Shown here: one piece after another, positions 26,569 through 36,013 of the stretch
Numbering within the stretch: position 1 is the stretch's first letter
How the letters are laid out: the number at the start of each line of letters is the position of its first letter
DNA from: Patescibacteria group bacterium
GTDB taxonomy: Bacteria > Patescibacteriota > Patescibacteriia > JACQRZ01
Length of the DNA stretch: 57,761 nucleotides
Direction of reading: 5' to 3'
Assembly (NCBI GenBank): GCA_038065255.1
Contig: JBBTRI010000010.1
Coordinates: forward strand, 1-57,761
Notes under the pieces: model-generated
What the model saw: only the letters and a program-made list of their open reading frames with translations
Told to the model about the DNA's origin: nothing
Database searches by the model: none
Program-made: the position numbers and the translations under genes

Positions 26569-28332
26569 ATGACTTCACCGAAATCAACTGAATTTTTCAA
26601 AAAATACCGCGAGGAAAATGAAACGTTTATCAAAGATTACGATAAGCGTATGGAGAAAATGAAAAAAAATTCCCTTTCTAAAACACAGAAACTTACTATT
26701 CGTTTTTTTGTCATTCTTTTTTTCTTCGGACTTGGCGCTGCTACCATTGGCACTGTCTATTTCAGTAATTTCAGTAAACAACCCGACCCTGTTCTTCTTA
26801 CTATCAAAGCTTCCGATGCGGTGAAATCAGGAGATGTGTTGTCCTATGATATTGTTATTGCAAATCGCGGCACTACGCCTCTCACGGACCTCTCGCTCAT
26901 TATCGAGCATCCTTCAGGTTTCAATTTTGAATCGTCAACAATTGCTTCTAATAATGCAGATCATACGTATTGGACGTTGCAAAACATTCCACGCGGTTCA
27001 AGTAAGACACTTACCATACGTGGCGTGGCAACAGGCAAGGCATCTGATGAAAAAATTATTCACGTATCACTGCATTATCGTGTAGGAGACACCGGTGCAG
27101 AGTTTATTTCGAAGCAAAACGTAACAGTTCGAATCTCAGAGCCGCTCATATCGGTATCACTCGACGGTCCGCAGCTGAGTGAGGTTGAAAAGGAAGTTTC
27201 CTATAGTATTGTGTATGGCGATGTTCTTGTTGCTGGTCAGCAAGAATCAGTGGCAATAAAGGTAACCATACCCAAAATATTTGCCGCCACTGCAGTTCCC
27301 GCCATGGACATAGCCAATGGTTGGTCCGATGGGCTTGTGCGAAAAGGGTTTGACAGTGCAAAGAGAAGCGGTGAAATGAAACTCAAAGGAATGTTTTCAA
27401 AAGATGCGAACGGGGATTATCCGATTGTTGTTCAGATTGGGATACAGAAAAATAACCAATTTATTATTGCTGATGAAAAATCAATAACTGTTCACATAGC
27501 TAAAAATCCGCTAACAGTAAAGCTTCTAATAAATAATTCAGAAACACTGGCGCCACTACCCCTCCATGAGGCAGTAAACGCATCAGTACTGTATGAAAAT
27601 AGCGGTACTGATGAATTGCATAATGTTCAAATAGTATTGGAGGGAGACCAGAAACTTATTGATTGGTCAAAAACAGATAATCCTTCGTATGGCGCTCTGA
27701 AGGATTCCCGTATTTCATGGTCAAAAAAAGAAGTGAGTAGTCTTGATCTTGTACGTCCTGGTCAAAAAGGTGAAATTAAACTCTCGCTCGGCATGAAGGA
27801 TGCAGAAGTGTTAACAAAGTATTTTGAAGACCAAAAACTCTATGGCCAGCCGCTATCCCTTGAGCTCAAACTAAGCGCCAGTATGCTCCTTAACTATAAT
27901 GATCAAGAGCAAGAACTTTCTCAGGAACCGATCGTTTTAAGTATCCCTCTTCAAAGTGATACGCGAGTACTCAGCTCGCTAAAACAGGGTGATGCAGGGC
28001 GCACTATCGTTACCTGGGAGATCCAGAATAAACTTCATGAAATAGAAAAAATCCGCCTCACAACCTCACTTGGAAAAAATACCGTTTGGGTAGGTGATAC
28101 AACAAGAAGTGCGGGCGATATTTCTTATGATCCTGAAAAAAGAACTGTTGTGTGGACCCTGAATAGGATGCCGCTTTCTGTTGGCTCAATCCGTGCATCT
28201 TTTGAGGTGTCGCTTGATCAAATCCACGAAGATAGGACGCTTACGGATAGTGGCATACTTGAAGCTGCTGACATGCAAACAAAAAGTACTATTTCACTTC
28301 CGGTGCCAAGTATGGTTGCATCAAGCGAATAG
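26569..28332 (+). CDS. membrane-anchored protein with DUF11/CARDB-like beta-sandwich repeats
   Basis: N-terminal TM segment (FFVILFFFGLGAATIGTVYF). VKSGDVLSYDIVIANRGTTPLTDLSLIIEHPSGFNF matches the conserved-repeat-domain (DUF11) pattern, and several further Ig-like modules follow. Confidence 0.7.
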   Translation: MTSPKSTEFFKKYREENETFIKDYDKRMEKMKKNSLSKTQKLTIRFFVILFFFGLGAATIGTVYFSNFSKQPDPVLLTIKASDAVKSGDVLSYDIVIANRGTTPLTDLSLIIEHPSGFNFESSTIASNNADHTYWTLQNIPRGSSKTLTIRGVATGKASDEKIIHVSLHYRVGDTGAEFISKQNVTVRISEPLISVSLDGPQLSEVEKEVSYSIVYGDVLVAGQQESVAIKVTIPKIFAATAVPAMDIANGWSDGLVRKGFDSAKRSGEMKLKGMFSKDANGDYPIVVQIGIQKNNQFIIADEKSITVHIAKNPLTVKLLINNSETLAPLPLHEAVNASVLYENSGTDELHNVQIVLEGDQKLIDWSKTDNPSYGALKDSRISWSKKEVSSLDLVRPGQKGEIKLSLGMKDAEVLTKYFEDQKLYGQPLSLELKLSASMLLNYNDQEQELSQEPIVLSIPLQSDTRVLSSLKQGDAGRTIVTWEIQNKLHEIEKIRLTTSLGKNTVWVGDTTRSAGDISYDPEKRTVVWTLNRMPLSVGSIRASFEVSLDQIHEDRTLTDSGILEAADMQTKSTISLPVPSMVASSE

Positions 28333-28352
28333 CGGTGTTAGTGTGAAGATAT

Positions 28353-29768
28353 ATGAGTATTATTGTCTACAATTCACTAAGCCGCAAAAAGGAGGAATTC
28401 AATCCAATTCAGCCAAAAAAGGTTGGCATGTATTCATGCGGTCCGACAGTCTATAATGTTCCCCATATAGGAAATTATCGAGCATACCTATGTGATGATA
28501 CTATTGCGCGCATACTCCAATATAATGGATTTGATGTTAACCATGTCATGAATATTACGGATGTTGATGATAAGACAATTAAAAATGCGAATGCAGCAGG
28601 ACTCAGTCTTACTGAATTCACGTCACACTACACACAGCAGTTTCTTGAAGACCTTGCTGATCTCAACATATCAACCATTACCTATCATCCAAAAGCAACA
28701 CTGCATATTTCTGAAATGATCGATCTAATTTCATTATTGCTCAACAATGGCAGTGCGTATAAAGGCGATGACGGAAGTATTTATTTTTCTATCAAATCTT
28801 TCCCGTCCTATGGGAATCTAGCTCGACTTGATCGCCAGGAACTTCAAGCTGATGCTTCCGGAAGGATGAAAAATGATGAGTACTCAAAAGAGTCTGTGCG
28901 TGATTTTGCGCTATGGAAAGCGTGGAGCGAGGAAGATGGAGATGTTTTTTGGGATGCGGCATTTGGAAAAGGTAGGCCTGGCTGGCATATTGAATGTTCG
29001 GCAATGAGTATGAAATACCTTGGCAGTCACTTTGATATTCATGCAGGTGGAGTTGACTTGCTCTTTCCCCACCATGAGAATGAAATTGCACAAAGTGAAT
29101 CTGCGACAGGCATACCATTTGTGAATTACTGGCTTCATAATGAATGGCTTCTCGTGAATGGTTCTAAGATGGCAAAAAGCGCAGGTAATTTCATCACCTA
29201 TCGCGATATCATTGGCAAGGGCTACGATCCGCTTGCCTATCGTTTTCTTTGCTTACAGACTCATTATCGGCAACAGTTGAATTTTAGCTATGACGTACTT
29301 GATGCAGCTCAACAGGGTTACCGCAACCTACAAAACGATATACAGAATATTGCGAATAGCGCGGCAGAACACAGCGGTGTTCTTTCTACTCATCAAGTTG
29401 GATCACTCATTGAGCATACTCAATATAAATTTAAGGAAGCAGTAAATGATGATTTTAATACGCCAAAGGGGCTAGCGGTTGTTTTTGAATTCCTGAAACA
29501 TATTCATCAGCATGAAATGAATTTTACATCGCCTGACTTTCAACTATGTCTCAATGCTATCTATGACTTTGATATGGTTCTTGGGCTTGGGCTTGATACT
29601 ATAAAACACATAGAGTTACCTGAAAATGTTTCTGCGCTTGTCCGAGAGCGGGATTCTGCGCGTGCATCACGCAATTTTATCCGATCAGATGAGCTGCGTA
29701 CAACGATCGAATCGCAAGGGTACTCTATTGAAGATACTTCTGATGGCAGCAGAATTTCTAAAATATGA
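28353..29768 (+). CDS. cysS: cysteine--tRNA ligase
   Basis: Contains CGPTVYNVPHIGNYR (HIGH), GWHIECS, HHENEIAQS and KMAKSAGN (KMSKS). Confidence 0.95.
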   Translation: MSIIVYNSLSRKKEEFNPIQPKKVGMYSCGPTVYNVPHIGNYRAYLCDDTIARILQYNGFDVNHVMNITDVDDKTIKNANAAGLSLTEFTSHYTQQFLEDLADLNISTITYHPKATLHISEMIDLISLLLNNGSAYKGDDGSIYFSIKSFPSYGNLARLDRQELQADASGRMKNDEYSKESVRDFALWKAWSEEDGDVFWDAAFGKGRPGWHIECSAMSMKYLGSHFDIHAGGVDLLFPHHENEIAQSESATGIPFVNYWLHNEWLLVNGSKMAKSAGNFITYRDIIGKGYDPLAYRFLCLQTHYRQQLNFSYDVLDAAQQGYRNLQNDIQNIANSAAEHSGVLSTHQVGSLIEHTQYKFKEAVNDDFNTPKGLAVVFEFLKHIHQHEMNFTSPDFQLCLNAIYDFDMVLGLGLDTIKHIELPENVSALVRERDSARASRNFIRSDELRTTIESQGYSIEDTSDGSRISKI

Positions 29769-30865
29769 TATATGCCGGTTTGTTTGCCGTGAGTTTTTTT
29801 GTTACCGTGGGAGCAACTGCTCTCGTGCGAAAATGTGCCCTCCATTTTGATATAACTGATAAACCGACAGAGGCACGCAAAATTCACACACGGCCAATAC
29901 CTCTCCTTGGAGGCATAGCAGTTTTTGCCACACTTGCTATTGTCGTTGTTGTTGCGCTTTTTATTCCGACAAGCTCACACTATCTCATTGATACTCACGT
30001 AACACTTAAGCATATTATTGGGTTGCTATTGGGAGGCTTGGTTCTTGTTGTTGGCGGCTTCCTTGACGATGTATATAATCTTAAGCCCTATCATCAAATA
30101 TTCTTTCCAATACTGGCAGCATTGGTGGTAATTGGATCAGGCATAGGAGTTGTGACACTGACTAACCCGTTAGGAGGGACGATTGATCTGACACAGATTC
30201 GGTATCATCTCTTCACTATTAACGGAGTTCCATATTATTTTACCGTATGGTCGGATCTTCTTACGTTTTTTTGGCTTCTTTCAACGATCTACACGACAAA
30301 ATTTCTTGATGGACTCGACGGGCTTGTGGCAGGGATGGCGGTTATTGGGTGTTCGGTGCTGCTTTTTATTAGCCTATTCCTATTTATTAATATTCCGACC
30401 GCATCACTTGCGTCAATTATTGGCGGTGCATTTGCCGGTTTTCTAATATGGAATTTTAATCCGGCAAAAATATTTCTTGGTGAGGCTGGAAGTACGCTTA
30501 CGGGTTACCTACTTGGCATCTTAGCAATCATTAGCGGAGCAAAATTTGCTACTGCGCTTCTGATACTTGGCATTCCGCTGCTTGATGCGGCACATGTTAT
30601 TTTTCAAAGGCTTATCATCGAACGGCGCTCTCCATTTCGTGGAGATAGAAAACATATTCATTTTCAACTTCTTGATTCTGGTCTTACTCAGCGTCAAGCG
30701 GTAGGTATTTTATATCTTCTGGCAATTTTTTTCGGGTATTCAGCATTACTGCTTCAAAGCAGGCAAAAAGTTACTATGCTTTTGGCACTCCTGTTATTTA
30801 TGGTGATATTAGTGGTAACAGTACTCAGAATTAAGCATATTCGGCAAAAAAAAGAGCACGGTTGA
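29765..30865 (+). CDS. polyprenyl-phosphate N-acetylhexosamine-1-phosphate transferase (MraY/WecA family, GT4)
   Basis: About 10 TM segments, with DDVYNLKP and KFLDGLDGL motifs. It has a 4-nt overlap with the cysS stop. Confidence 0.85.
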   Translation: MIYAGLFAVSFFVTVGATALVRKCALHFDITDKPTEARKIHTRPIPLLGGIAVFATLAIVVVVALFIPTSSHYLIDTHVTLKHIIGLLLGGLVLVVGGFLDDVYNLKPYHQIFFPILAALVVIGSGIGVVTLTNPLGGTIDLTQIRYHLFTINGVPYYFTVWSDLLTFFWLLSTIYTTKFLDGLDGLVAGMAVIGCSVLLFISLFLFINIPTASLASIIGGAFAGFLIWNFNPAKIFLGEAGSTLTGYLLGILAIISGAKFATALLILGIPLLDAAHVIFQRLIIERRSPFRGDRKHIHFQLLDSGLTQRQAVGILYLLAIFFGYSALLLQSRQKVTMLLALLLFMVILVVTVLRIKHIRQKKEHG

Positions 30866-30910
30866 TGCATTCATCCTTTCTTGATGAAGCCACTCCGTGC
30901 TTTGTACTAG

Positions 30911-32158
30911 CTACTTACCGAACGCTGCGTCATCGAAGTTGCGCCAGTTGCGCGCTACCTCGATCATGCGGCGGACTGTGAAGGTACTTGAATCGAGCTT
31001 CTCTGCTAGGTACTTGTCGAAGGGCAGAGGCCTGTCTTTGGACTCCCCGCGAAGATAGCTGTGTCGTTTGTTAACCAGGTCAAGGGCTGCGTGTGCCACA
31101 TCTATCAGTGGCTGGTTGTAGCCGATCTCGAGTGAGGAGTCGCTGCCGTCAACCCTTTTGGCGGAGAGGATGGTCTTGCGACGGCTGCTGTCGATCTTCG
31201 TGCAGATGCCGCTGTACCAATCCGACACGCCAGCAACGCCCATGAGTCGGTGTTCGTATTCGTTGTATGCCCAGGTATTGATGTTCTGCGCCGCGTACTT
31301 CAGTTGGACAACGTGCTTGGTCCACTTGGTTCCGAGAATGCGCTTGGGTGCCGGCGCTTCAATCGCCAACCCCTCTGCTTCCTGGATGACCTCTTCGATG
31401 GGAAGGAAGTACTGATCGAGATCGTGCTTGCGAAGAGCATCGAGGTAGCGAGGCCAGACCTCGAGAGGTTCTGCCGAGCCCACGAAGCAGCTCTCGAGAT
31501 CGATCGGGAAGGATGTGATCCCCTCCGTCGTATCGAGCTTGCGCTTGAGCAGATCCATGTGCGCCTCGAGCTTGCCGAGATCTCGCTGGTAAGCGAAGAA
31601 CCCTGCGTCCTTGTTGTTGAGAATGCTTTCGAAGTCGTACATCACGATCCCGAGTTTGCCATTCCCTCTGGTGCGGATTGCCTTGACTCCCATGAGGTCG
31701 GGGCCAAGCTGTGGGTCTAGGAGAGCCGCAGCCTGCTCTTCGCGCTCGTACCCCGTGGAGTAACTGAATGAGTGAGGAGCGAGGACGAAGAAGACATCGG
31801 GGATGAGGTCAGCGTTTGGAGACGCATACTCCGAGAAGAACGTGACGCGGGAGTCTGACACCCGCTGGCGAACTTCCCAGAGTGCTTGTTGCGATGAGAT
31901 CATGTCAAGGATCGAGTGCGACCACGTCGCGTTTAACATGTCGATCGAGGGATACTGCGCGATGGCTTCGCGCAACCAGGGTGCCCATTCGAAGTCGATC
32001 CCCTGGAACGACATCGAGACGAGCAATCCGGACGAACCGATGACATCGATATTGGCTCGCGCCCTCTCGATGTCTGCCCGAGCTTCCTCTGAGACATTGG
32101 AATGTCCCATGAGGTTACCCGGGAGGGTTAGGTGGAAACCTCGTTTTGCAGCACTCAA
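30911..32158 (-). CDS. hypothetical protein on a GC-rich single-gene island (motif order loosely GH57-like; unverified)
   Basis: 415-aa ORF. TTG start at 32158 lies 7 nt after the canonical SD GTAAGGAGG. Hand counts on three 60-nt lines gave 52-63% GC, against 37-40% in the flanking genes. The long antisense ORFs in the track are typical of GC-rich coding DNA. Confidence 0.75.
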   Translation of the reverse strand: MSAAKRGFHLTLPGNLMGHSNVSEEARADIERARANIDVIGSSGLLVSMSFQGIDFEWAPWLREAIAQYPSIDMLNATWSHSILDMISSQQALWEVRQRVSDSRVTFFSEYASPNADLIPDVFFVLAPHSFSYSTGYEREEQAAALLDPQLGPDLMGVKAIRTRGNGKLGIVMYDFESILNNKDAGFFAYQRDLGKLEAHMDLLKRKLDTTEGITSFPIDLESCFVGSAEPLEVWPRYLDALRKHDLDQYFLPIEEVIQEAEGLAIEAPAPKRILGTKWTKHVVQLKYAAQNINTWAYNEYEHRLMGVAGVSDWYSGICTKIDSSRRKTILSAKRVDGSDSSLEIGYNQPLIDVAHAALDLVNKRHSYLRGESKDRPLPFDKYLAEKLDSSTFTVRRMIEVARNWRNFDDAAFGK

Positions 32159-32288
32159 TGTGCAGCCTCCTTACATACCTAGACAGCCTAGGCAGCAGGT
32201 ATAGTTAAGCGCAAAGTGTCTTGCATGTCAAGAGTCCTAAATTGACAATTACTCCCAAAAGAGTATCCTCAGACTCACGTACACTACA

Positions 32289-33191
32289 ATGAGTTGGATA
32301 CTTCTTGCATTTTGCAGTGGAATATTCGGTATTGCAGTTGATGGTTTGCGTAAGCAAATTCTTATTACAAGCTCTTCTGATGGGTGGTCTATTTTGTTCC
32401 GCACATTCATATATGTCTTGCCATGTGCTGTGCTATGGTGGCTGACGACTGATGCAAAAATTGCTGTGTCAAATGTGCCGCTATTCACTCTTGGCCTTGT
32501 TGTAGGAGTTATTTGTGAGCTGATTGCGCAGTGGCATTTCCAGCTTGCAATCAAGGAATTACCTCTATCCTTTTGTAGGCCGCTCATGGAGATGACGGTG
32601 ATTGTCATGATCCCGCTCTCGTTCATATTTCTTCACATGCCACTACGCCTTGATGTTACAGGAGGAATTATTGTTTTTATTCTGGGAGTATGCGTTATGA
32701 GTACTGAAGGTACTGAAGAATGGATGAGTAATATTCAGCAATCGTTCAGAATACCAGAAATCAAATCAATTGGTTTTGTGGTGATTTTTTGGAGCCTGAC
32801 AACGGTACTTCAAAAGTTCTGTATGCAGTATGCCAGCCCTCAAGTTTTTACACTCTTTCTTGCTTTAGGTCTGGTTGTCGGTACCTACGCAATACTTCAC
32901 AGAAATCATGTATCTCTCAAGAACGCTATTGGAACATTCGACTGGAGATATTTTTTTTCAGGAGTATTCACTACCATAATGGCAGGCATGCAATTTTCTG
33001 CGCTTTCCTCACCATCCGCTCACCCCAGTATTGTTATTGTGCTTAAGCGCATCGCACAATTCTTCTACCTCCTGGTCGATAAGAAAGCGTTCAATCTTGC
33101 AATCACGCCACAGAGGGTAATTGGAAACGTGCTGATATTCGCGGGAATTGCCATTATTGGCTTTATCACCCTACAACCTCCACATGGTTAA
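32289..33191 (+). CDS. DMT/EamA-like multi-pass membrane transporter
   Basis: 300 aa with about 10 hydrophobic helices in two similar halves. No catalytic motifs were seen. Confidence 0.6.
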   Translation: MSWILLAFCSGIFGIAVDGLRKQILITSSSDGWSILFRTFIYVLPCAVLWWLTTDAKIAVSNVPLFTLGLVVGVICELIAQWHFQLAIKELPLSFCRPLMEMTVIVMIPLSFIFLHMPLRLDVTGGIIVFILGVCVMSTEGTEEWMSNIQQSFRIPEIKSIGFVVIFWSLTTVLQKFCMQYASPQVFTLFLALGLVVGTYAILHRNHVSLKNAIGTFDWRYFFSGVFTTIMAGMQFSALSSPSAHPSIVIVLKRIAQFFYLLVDKKAFNLAITPQRVIGNVLIFAGIAIIGFITLQPPHG

Positions 33192-33204
33192 TTGGAGGTT
33201 TTTT
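33175..33204 (+). terminator. hairpin plus T-run at the 3' end of the DMT gene
   Basis: The hairpin AACCTCC-acatggttaatt-GGAGGTT is followed by TTTT. Confidence 0.55.
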
Positions 33205-33212
33205 AATACCAT

Positions 33213-33241
33213 TTGACGCCTTTTATATGCTGTGATATCAT
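33213..33241 (+). promoter_or_regulatory. sigma70-like promoter (extended -10) for rplU
   Basis: TTGACG (33213-33218), a 17-nt spacer, then TGATATCAT, which carries TATCAT at 33236-33241. It lies 22 nt upstream of the rplU ATG. Confidence 0.5.
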
Positions 33242-33263
33242 GATGATACTTTTATACACATCT

Positions 33264-33581
33264 ATGATAGCAGTCATTAAAACAGGCGGAAAACAATATA
33301 AAATAAAAGAAGGCGACCTCGTGAAAGTGGAGCGTCTTGATGGTGATGTCGGAACAGAAATCACATTCGGTCACGTACTGCTTTTAACTGAAGATGATGG
33401 CAGTTCGCTTTCGATTGGCACGCCAAGTATTGAGGGTAAAGAAATTAAAGCAGAAATTATTGAGCAGGGGAGGGGTAAAAAAATTCGAGTGGTAAAGTTT
33501 AAACGAAAAGTACGCTACCGCAGAAAGAAGGGGCATCGTCAGGCATTTACGAAAGTTAAAATTTCCAAAATCAAAGCATAA
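33264..33581 (+). CDS. rplU: 50S ribosomal protein L21
   Basis: MIAVIKTGGKQYKIKEGDLVKVERL is the canonical L21 N-terminus. The track ORF start at 33213 adds an implausible extension. Confidence 0.93.
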   Translation: MIAVIKTGGKQYKIKEGDLVKVERLDGDVGTEITFGHVLLLTEDDGSSLSIGTPSIEGKEIKAEIIEQGRGKKIRVVKFKRKVRYRRKKGHRQAFTKVKISKIKA

Positions 33582-33603
33582 CCTCCGAATTGGAGGTTTT
33601 GTT
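33580..33603. terminator. shared hairpin terminator between convergent rplU and recR
   Basis: The hairpin AACCTCC-gaatt-GGAGGTT is followed by TTGTT on the plus strand, and there is T-rich sequence on the other strand as well. Confidence 0.6.
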
Positions 33604-34204
33604 ATAGTTCTCTACGCGATTTTACGGCGTCGCCAAGCGTGACTTCATCGGCATATTCAATGTCTGCTCCTCGAGGAAGTCCGCGTGCAAGACGCGTGAT
33701 TCGGAGGGGGTACTGTTTTAATAGCTTTGATAAGTACAGAGTCGTGCTCTCGCCCTCAAGATCAGGATTAAACGCTAGGATGATTTCCTGGATTTTTTTC
33801 TTTGAATCACGAATGCGCTCTACAAGCTCTTTAATTTTGAGCTTATCAGGCGTTACGCCATCTAAAATATTAATATTCCCCCCAAGGACATGGTAGACGC
33901 CTCGATATTCACCCGTTCTCTCAAGAGCATTAACCTCATGGCTATAGGCTACGATACAGAGTATCGTATGGTCGCGTGAAGGATTTGCACAGAGTGCACA
34001 GGGTGTTCTGTCGGTATAATTATAACATGAGCTGCAGACCACAATACTGTCGCGGAGGTTCATGATCGATTTTGCAATCTTAATAAGCTCTTGAGGTGGT
34101 TGGCGCAATAAATAGAAGACAAATCGTTGGGCTGATTTTTCTCCAATTCCTGGAAATTTTGAAAAAGCTTCAATAAGAGATTGCATGATGCTTGGGTAGG
34201 GCAT
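33602..34204 (-). CDS. recR: recombination protein RecR
   Basis: Contains the HhH motif FPGIGEKSAQRF, the C4 zinc finger CSSCYNYTDRTPCALCAN, and a Toprim domain. Confidence 0.95.
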   Translation of the reverse strand: MPYPSIMQSLIEAFSKFPGIGEKSAQRFVFYLLRQPPQELIKIAKSIMNLRDSIVVCSSCYNYTDRTPCALCANPSRDHTILCIVAYSHEVNALERTGEYRGVYHVLGGNINILDGVTPDKLKIKELVERIRDSKKKIQEIILAFNPDLEGESTTLYLSKLLKQYPLRITRLARGLPRGADIEYADEVTLGDAVKSRREL

Positions 34205-34212
34205 ATGAATTC

Positions 34213-35607
34213 TTAAAATGGCGTATTAAATATGGATGCACCTTCGCGCCTCTGCTCAAGGTTTTTATAACTCACTCTTTTTTCATCCCAGAAGAGTTTG
34301 ATGGTGCCTTGCGGGCCGTTTCTGTGTTTTGCAATAATAATTTCAGCGGTGTTTTTTTCATCTTCAGTTAAATCCTCAATACGGTAATTTCTGTCCGCAG
34401 CTTTTCTGTAAATAAACAACACAACATCAGCATCTTGTTCTATACTTCCACTTTCACGAAGGTGTGCCAATTTTGGGATTGCAGGTTTTGACAGTTCTAC
34501 TGCACGCGCTAGCTGGGAGAGTGCAAGAACGGGAACGTGGAGTTCGCGGGCAATCGCTTTGAGGCCCCTGGTAATTTCTGCAATTTCCTGTACACGACCA
34601 TCCTGTTTGGATAGTCCCTCCATCAATTGGAGATAGTCAACAATAATTGCGTCAATACCATGTTCGCTTTTCAGGCGGCGTGCTTTGGTGCGTATTTCCA
34701 TGACATTCGCACTTGGCGTATCATCGATGAAAATCTGTGCTTCTGAAAGGGTATCAATCGCATGGCCGATACGAACGAAATCATCCTGCTCCGGTTTGTC
34801 GGATAACTTGCCAGTGCGCATTTTCCACAAATCAACGCCGGCTTCTGCACAGAGGAGGCGATCAACGAGCTGTTCTTTTGACATTTCAAGACTAAATATT
34901 GCGACACGAGCTTGATTTTTGACAGCCATATTTCGTGCCATATCAAGCGCAAGGCTTGTTTTACCCACAGATGGGCGTGCCGCAAGAATAATAAGATCAG
35001 ATGGCTGCAGGCCCGCAAGGAGTGAATCAAGCTCTGTAAAACCAGTGGGAACGCCACGCAATTTTCCTCGCTCCTTATGAAGCTCATCAATGCGCTCAAA
35101 TGCGTCTTGAAGTGCGTCTTTCAGGGCAGTAAACGGTCTGCGGAGTAGTTTCTGCGATACGGCAAATACTTTCTGCTCCGCTTTATCAAGGATAAGTTGT
35201 ACATCATCCTCTGTTTGTCCTGTAAGTTCCGTGATTTCTATTGCAGCAGACTGCAATCGGCGCAGTGTCGCTTTTTTCTGGATGATATTCGCGTAATGGG
35301 TGATGTTACTTGCTGTTGGGACTATATTTGACAGACCAATGAGATAGGATCTGCCCCCAATATCTTCAATTTGTGATTTCTCCTCAAGCCTATTGGTAAG
35401 GCTTAATGCATCAATAGGTTCATGATGCTCATACAGGTCAAGTGCTGCTTGGAAAATAATCCTATGCCCCTCCTTGTAGAAATCATCAGGAGTGATCATA
35501 TCAGCAATTTTTGTCAGTGCTTCTTTATCAATTAGAAGAGCCCCGAGCAATGATTGCTCTGCTTCCATGTTTTGCGGAGGTACTCTCAAAATCTGATCAA
35601 ACGCCAT
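34213..35607 (-). CDS. dnaB: replicative DNA helicase DnaB
   Basis: Contains PPQNMEAEQSLLGALL, Walker A ARPSVGKTS, and IIVDYLQLM. The start is uncertain, with ATG candidates at 35607 and 35634 and the track TTG at 35661. Confidence 0.93.
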   Translation of the reverse strand: MAFDQILRVPPQNMEAEQSLLGALLIDKEALTKIADMITPDDFYKEGHRIIFQAALDLYEHHEPIDALSLTNRLEEKSQIEDIGGRSYLIGLSNIVPTASNITHYANIIQKKATLRRLQSAAIEITELTGQTEDDVQLILDKAEQKVFAVSQKLLRRPFTALKDALQDAFERIDELHKERGKLRGVPTGFTELDSLLAGLQPSDLIILAARPSVGKTSLALDMARNMAVKNQARVAIFSLEMSKEQLVDRLLCAEAGVDLWKMRTGKLSDKPEQDDFVRIGHAIDTLSEAQIFIDDTPSANVMEIRTKARRLKSEHGIDAIIVDYLQLMEGLSKQDGRVQEIAEITRGLKAIARELHVPVLALSQLARAVELSKPAIPKLAHLRESGSIEQDADVVLFIYRKAADRNYRIEDLTEDEKNTAEIIIAKHRNGPQGTIKLFWDEKRVSYKNLEQRREGASIFNTPF

Positions 35608-35739
35608 ATATGCTGTTATATCAAGTCTCACCATTGTAGAGACGCGGATTGAATTCGGCAAGGGGACAACCTGAGGATAGTTTTAGCCTGCCAGGTGTTG
35701 CAATAATATGAGCTTTTTTATATACTCAATGTCATGTAT

Positions 35740-35814
35740 GCGCCCATAGCTCAATGGTAGAGCAACAGCCTTTTAAGCTGATGGTTCTGGGTTCGAGTCC
35801 CGGTGGGCGCACCA
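35740..35814 (+). tRNA. tRNA-Lys (anticodon TTT), CCA encoded
   Basis: Acceptor stem GCGCCCA/TGGGCGC, anticodon loop CTTTTAA, and T arm CTGGG-TTCGAGT-CCCGG, followed by ACCA. Confidence 0.88.
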
Positions 35815-36013
35815 ATATCAAACTTTCCAGAATTTTGACTAATTGATTCGACTTTTCAAAAAGCGACTTTACAACAACCCTTAGATTTCTTCGTATGAGA
35901 AAACTACTAATAGCAGCATCAAATTCAATATATGGCGCTAATAATTATTAGGTGGCAGGAGTTGTGGAGCTTTTGATGCACTACGAATATCGTCAGAAGT
36001 CAAAATAGCAGTT

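Noticed and set aside
31158-32204. Plus-strand ORFs 31158..31415, 31250..31720 and 31803..32204.
   Set aside because: They are antisense to the GC-rich 415-aa gene. Open antisense frames are expected in GC-rich coding DNA, and only the minus-strand frame has an SD plus a start.
35815-36013. The 200-nt gap after tRNA-Lys as a possible small RNA (SRP RNA, tmRNA or 6S RNA).
   Set aside because: I could not find any of the conserved elements of these RNAs, or a convincing extended secondary structure. It is more likely a promoter or leader region for the downstream membrane-protein gene.
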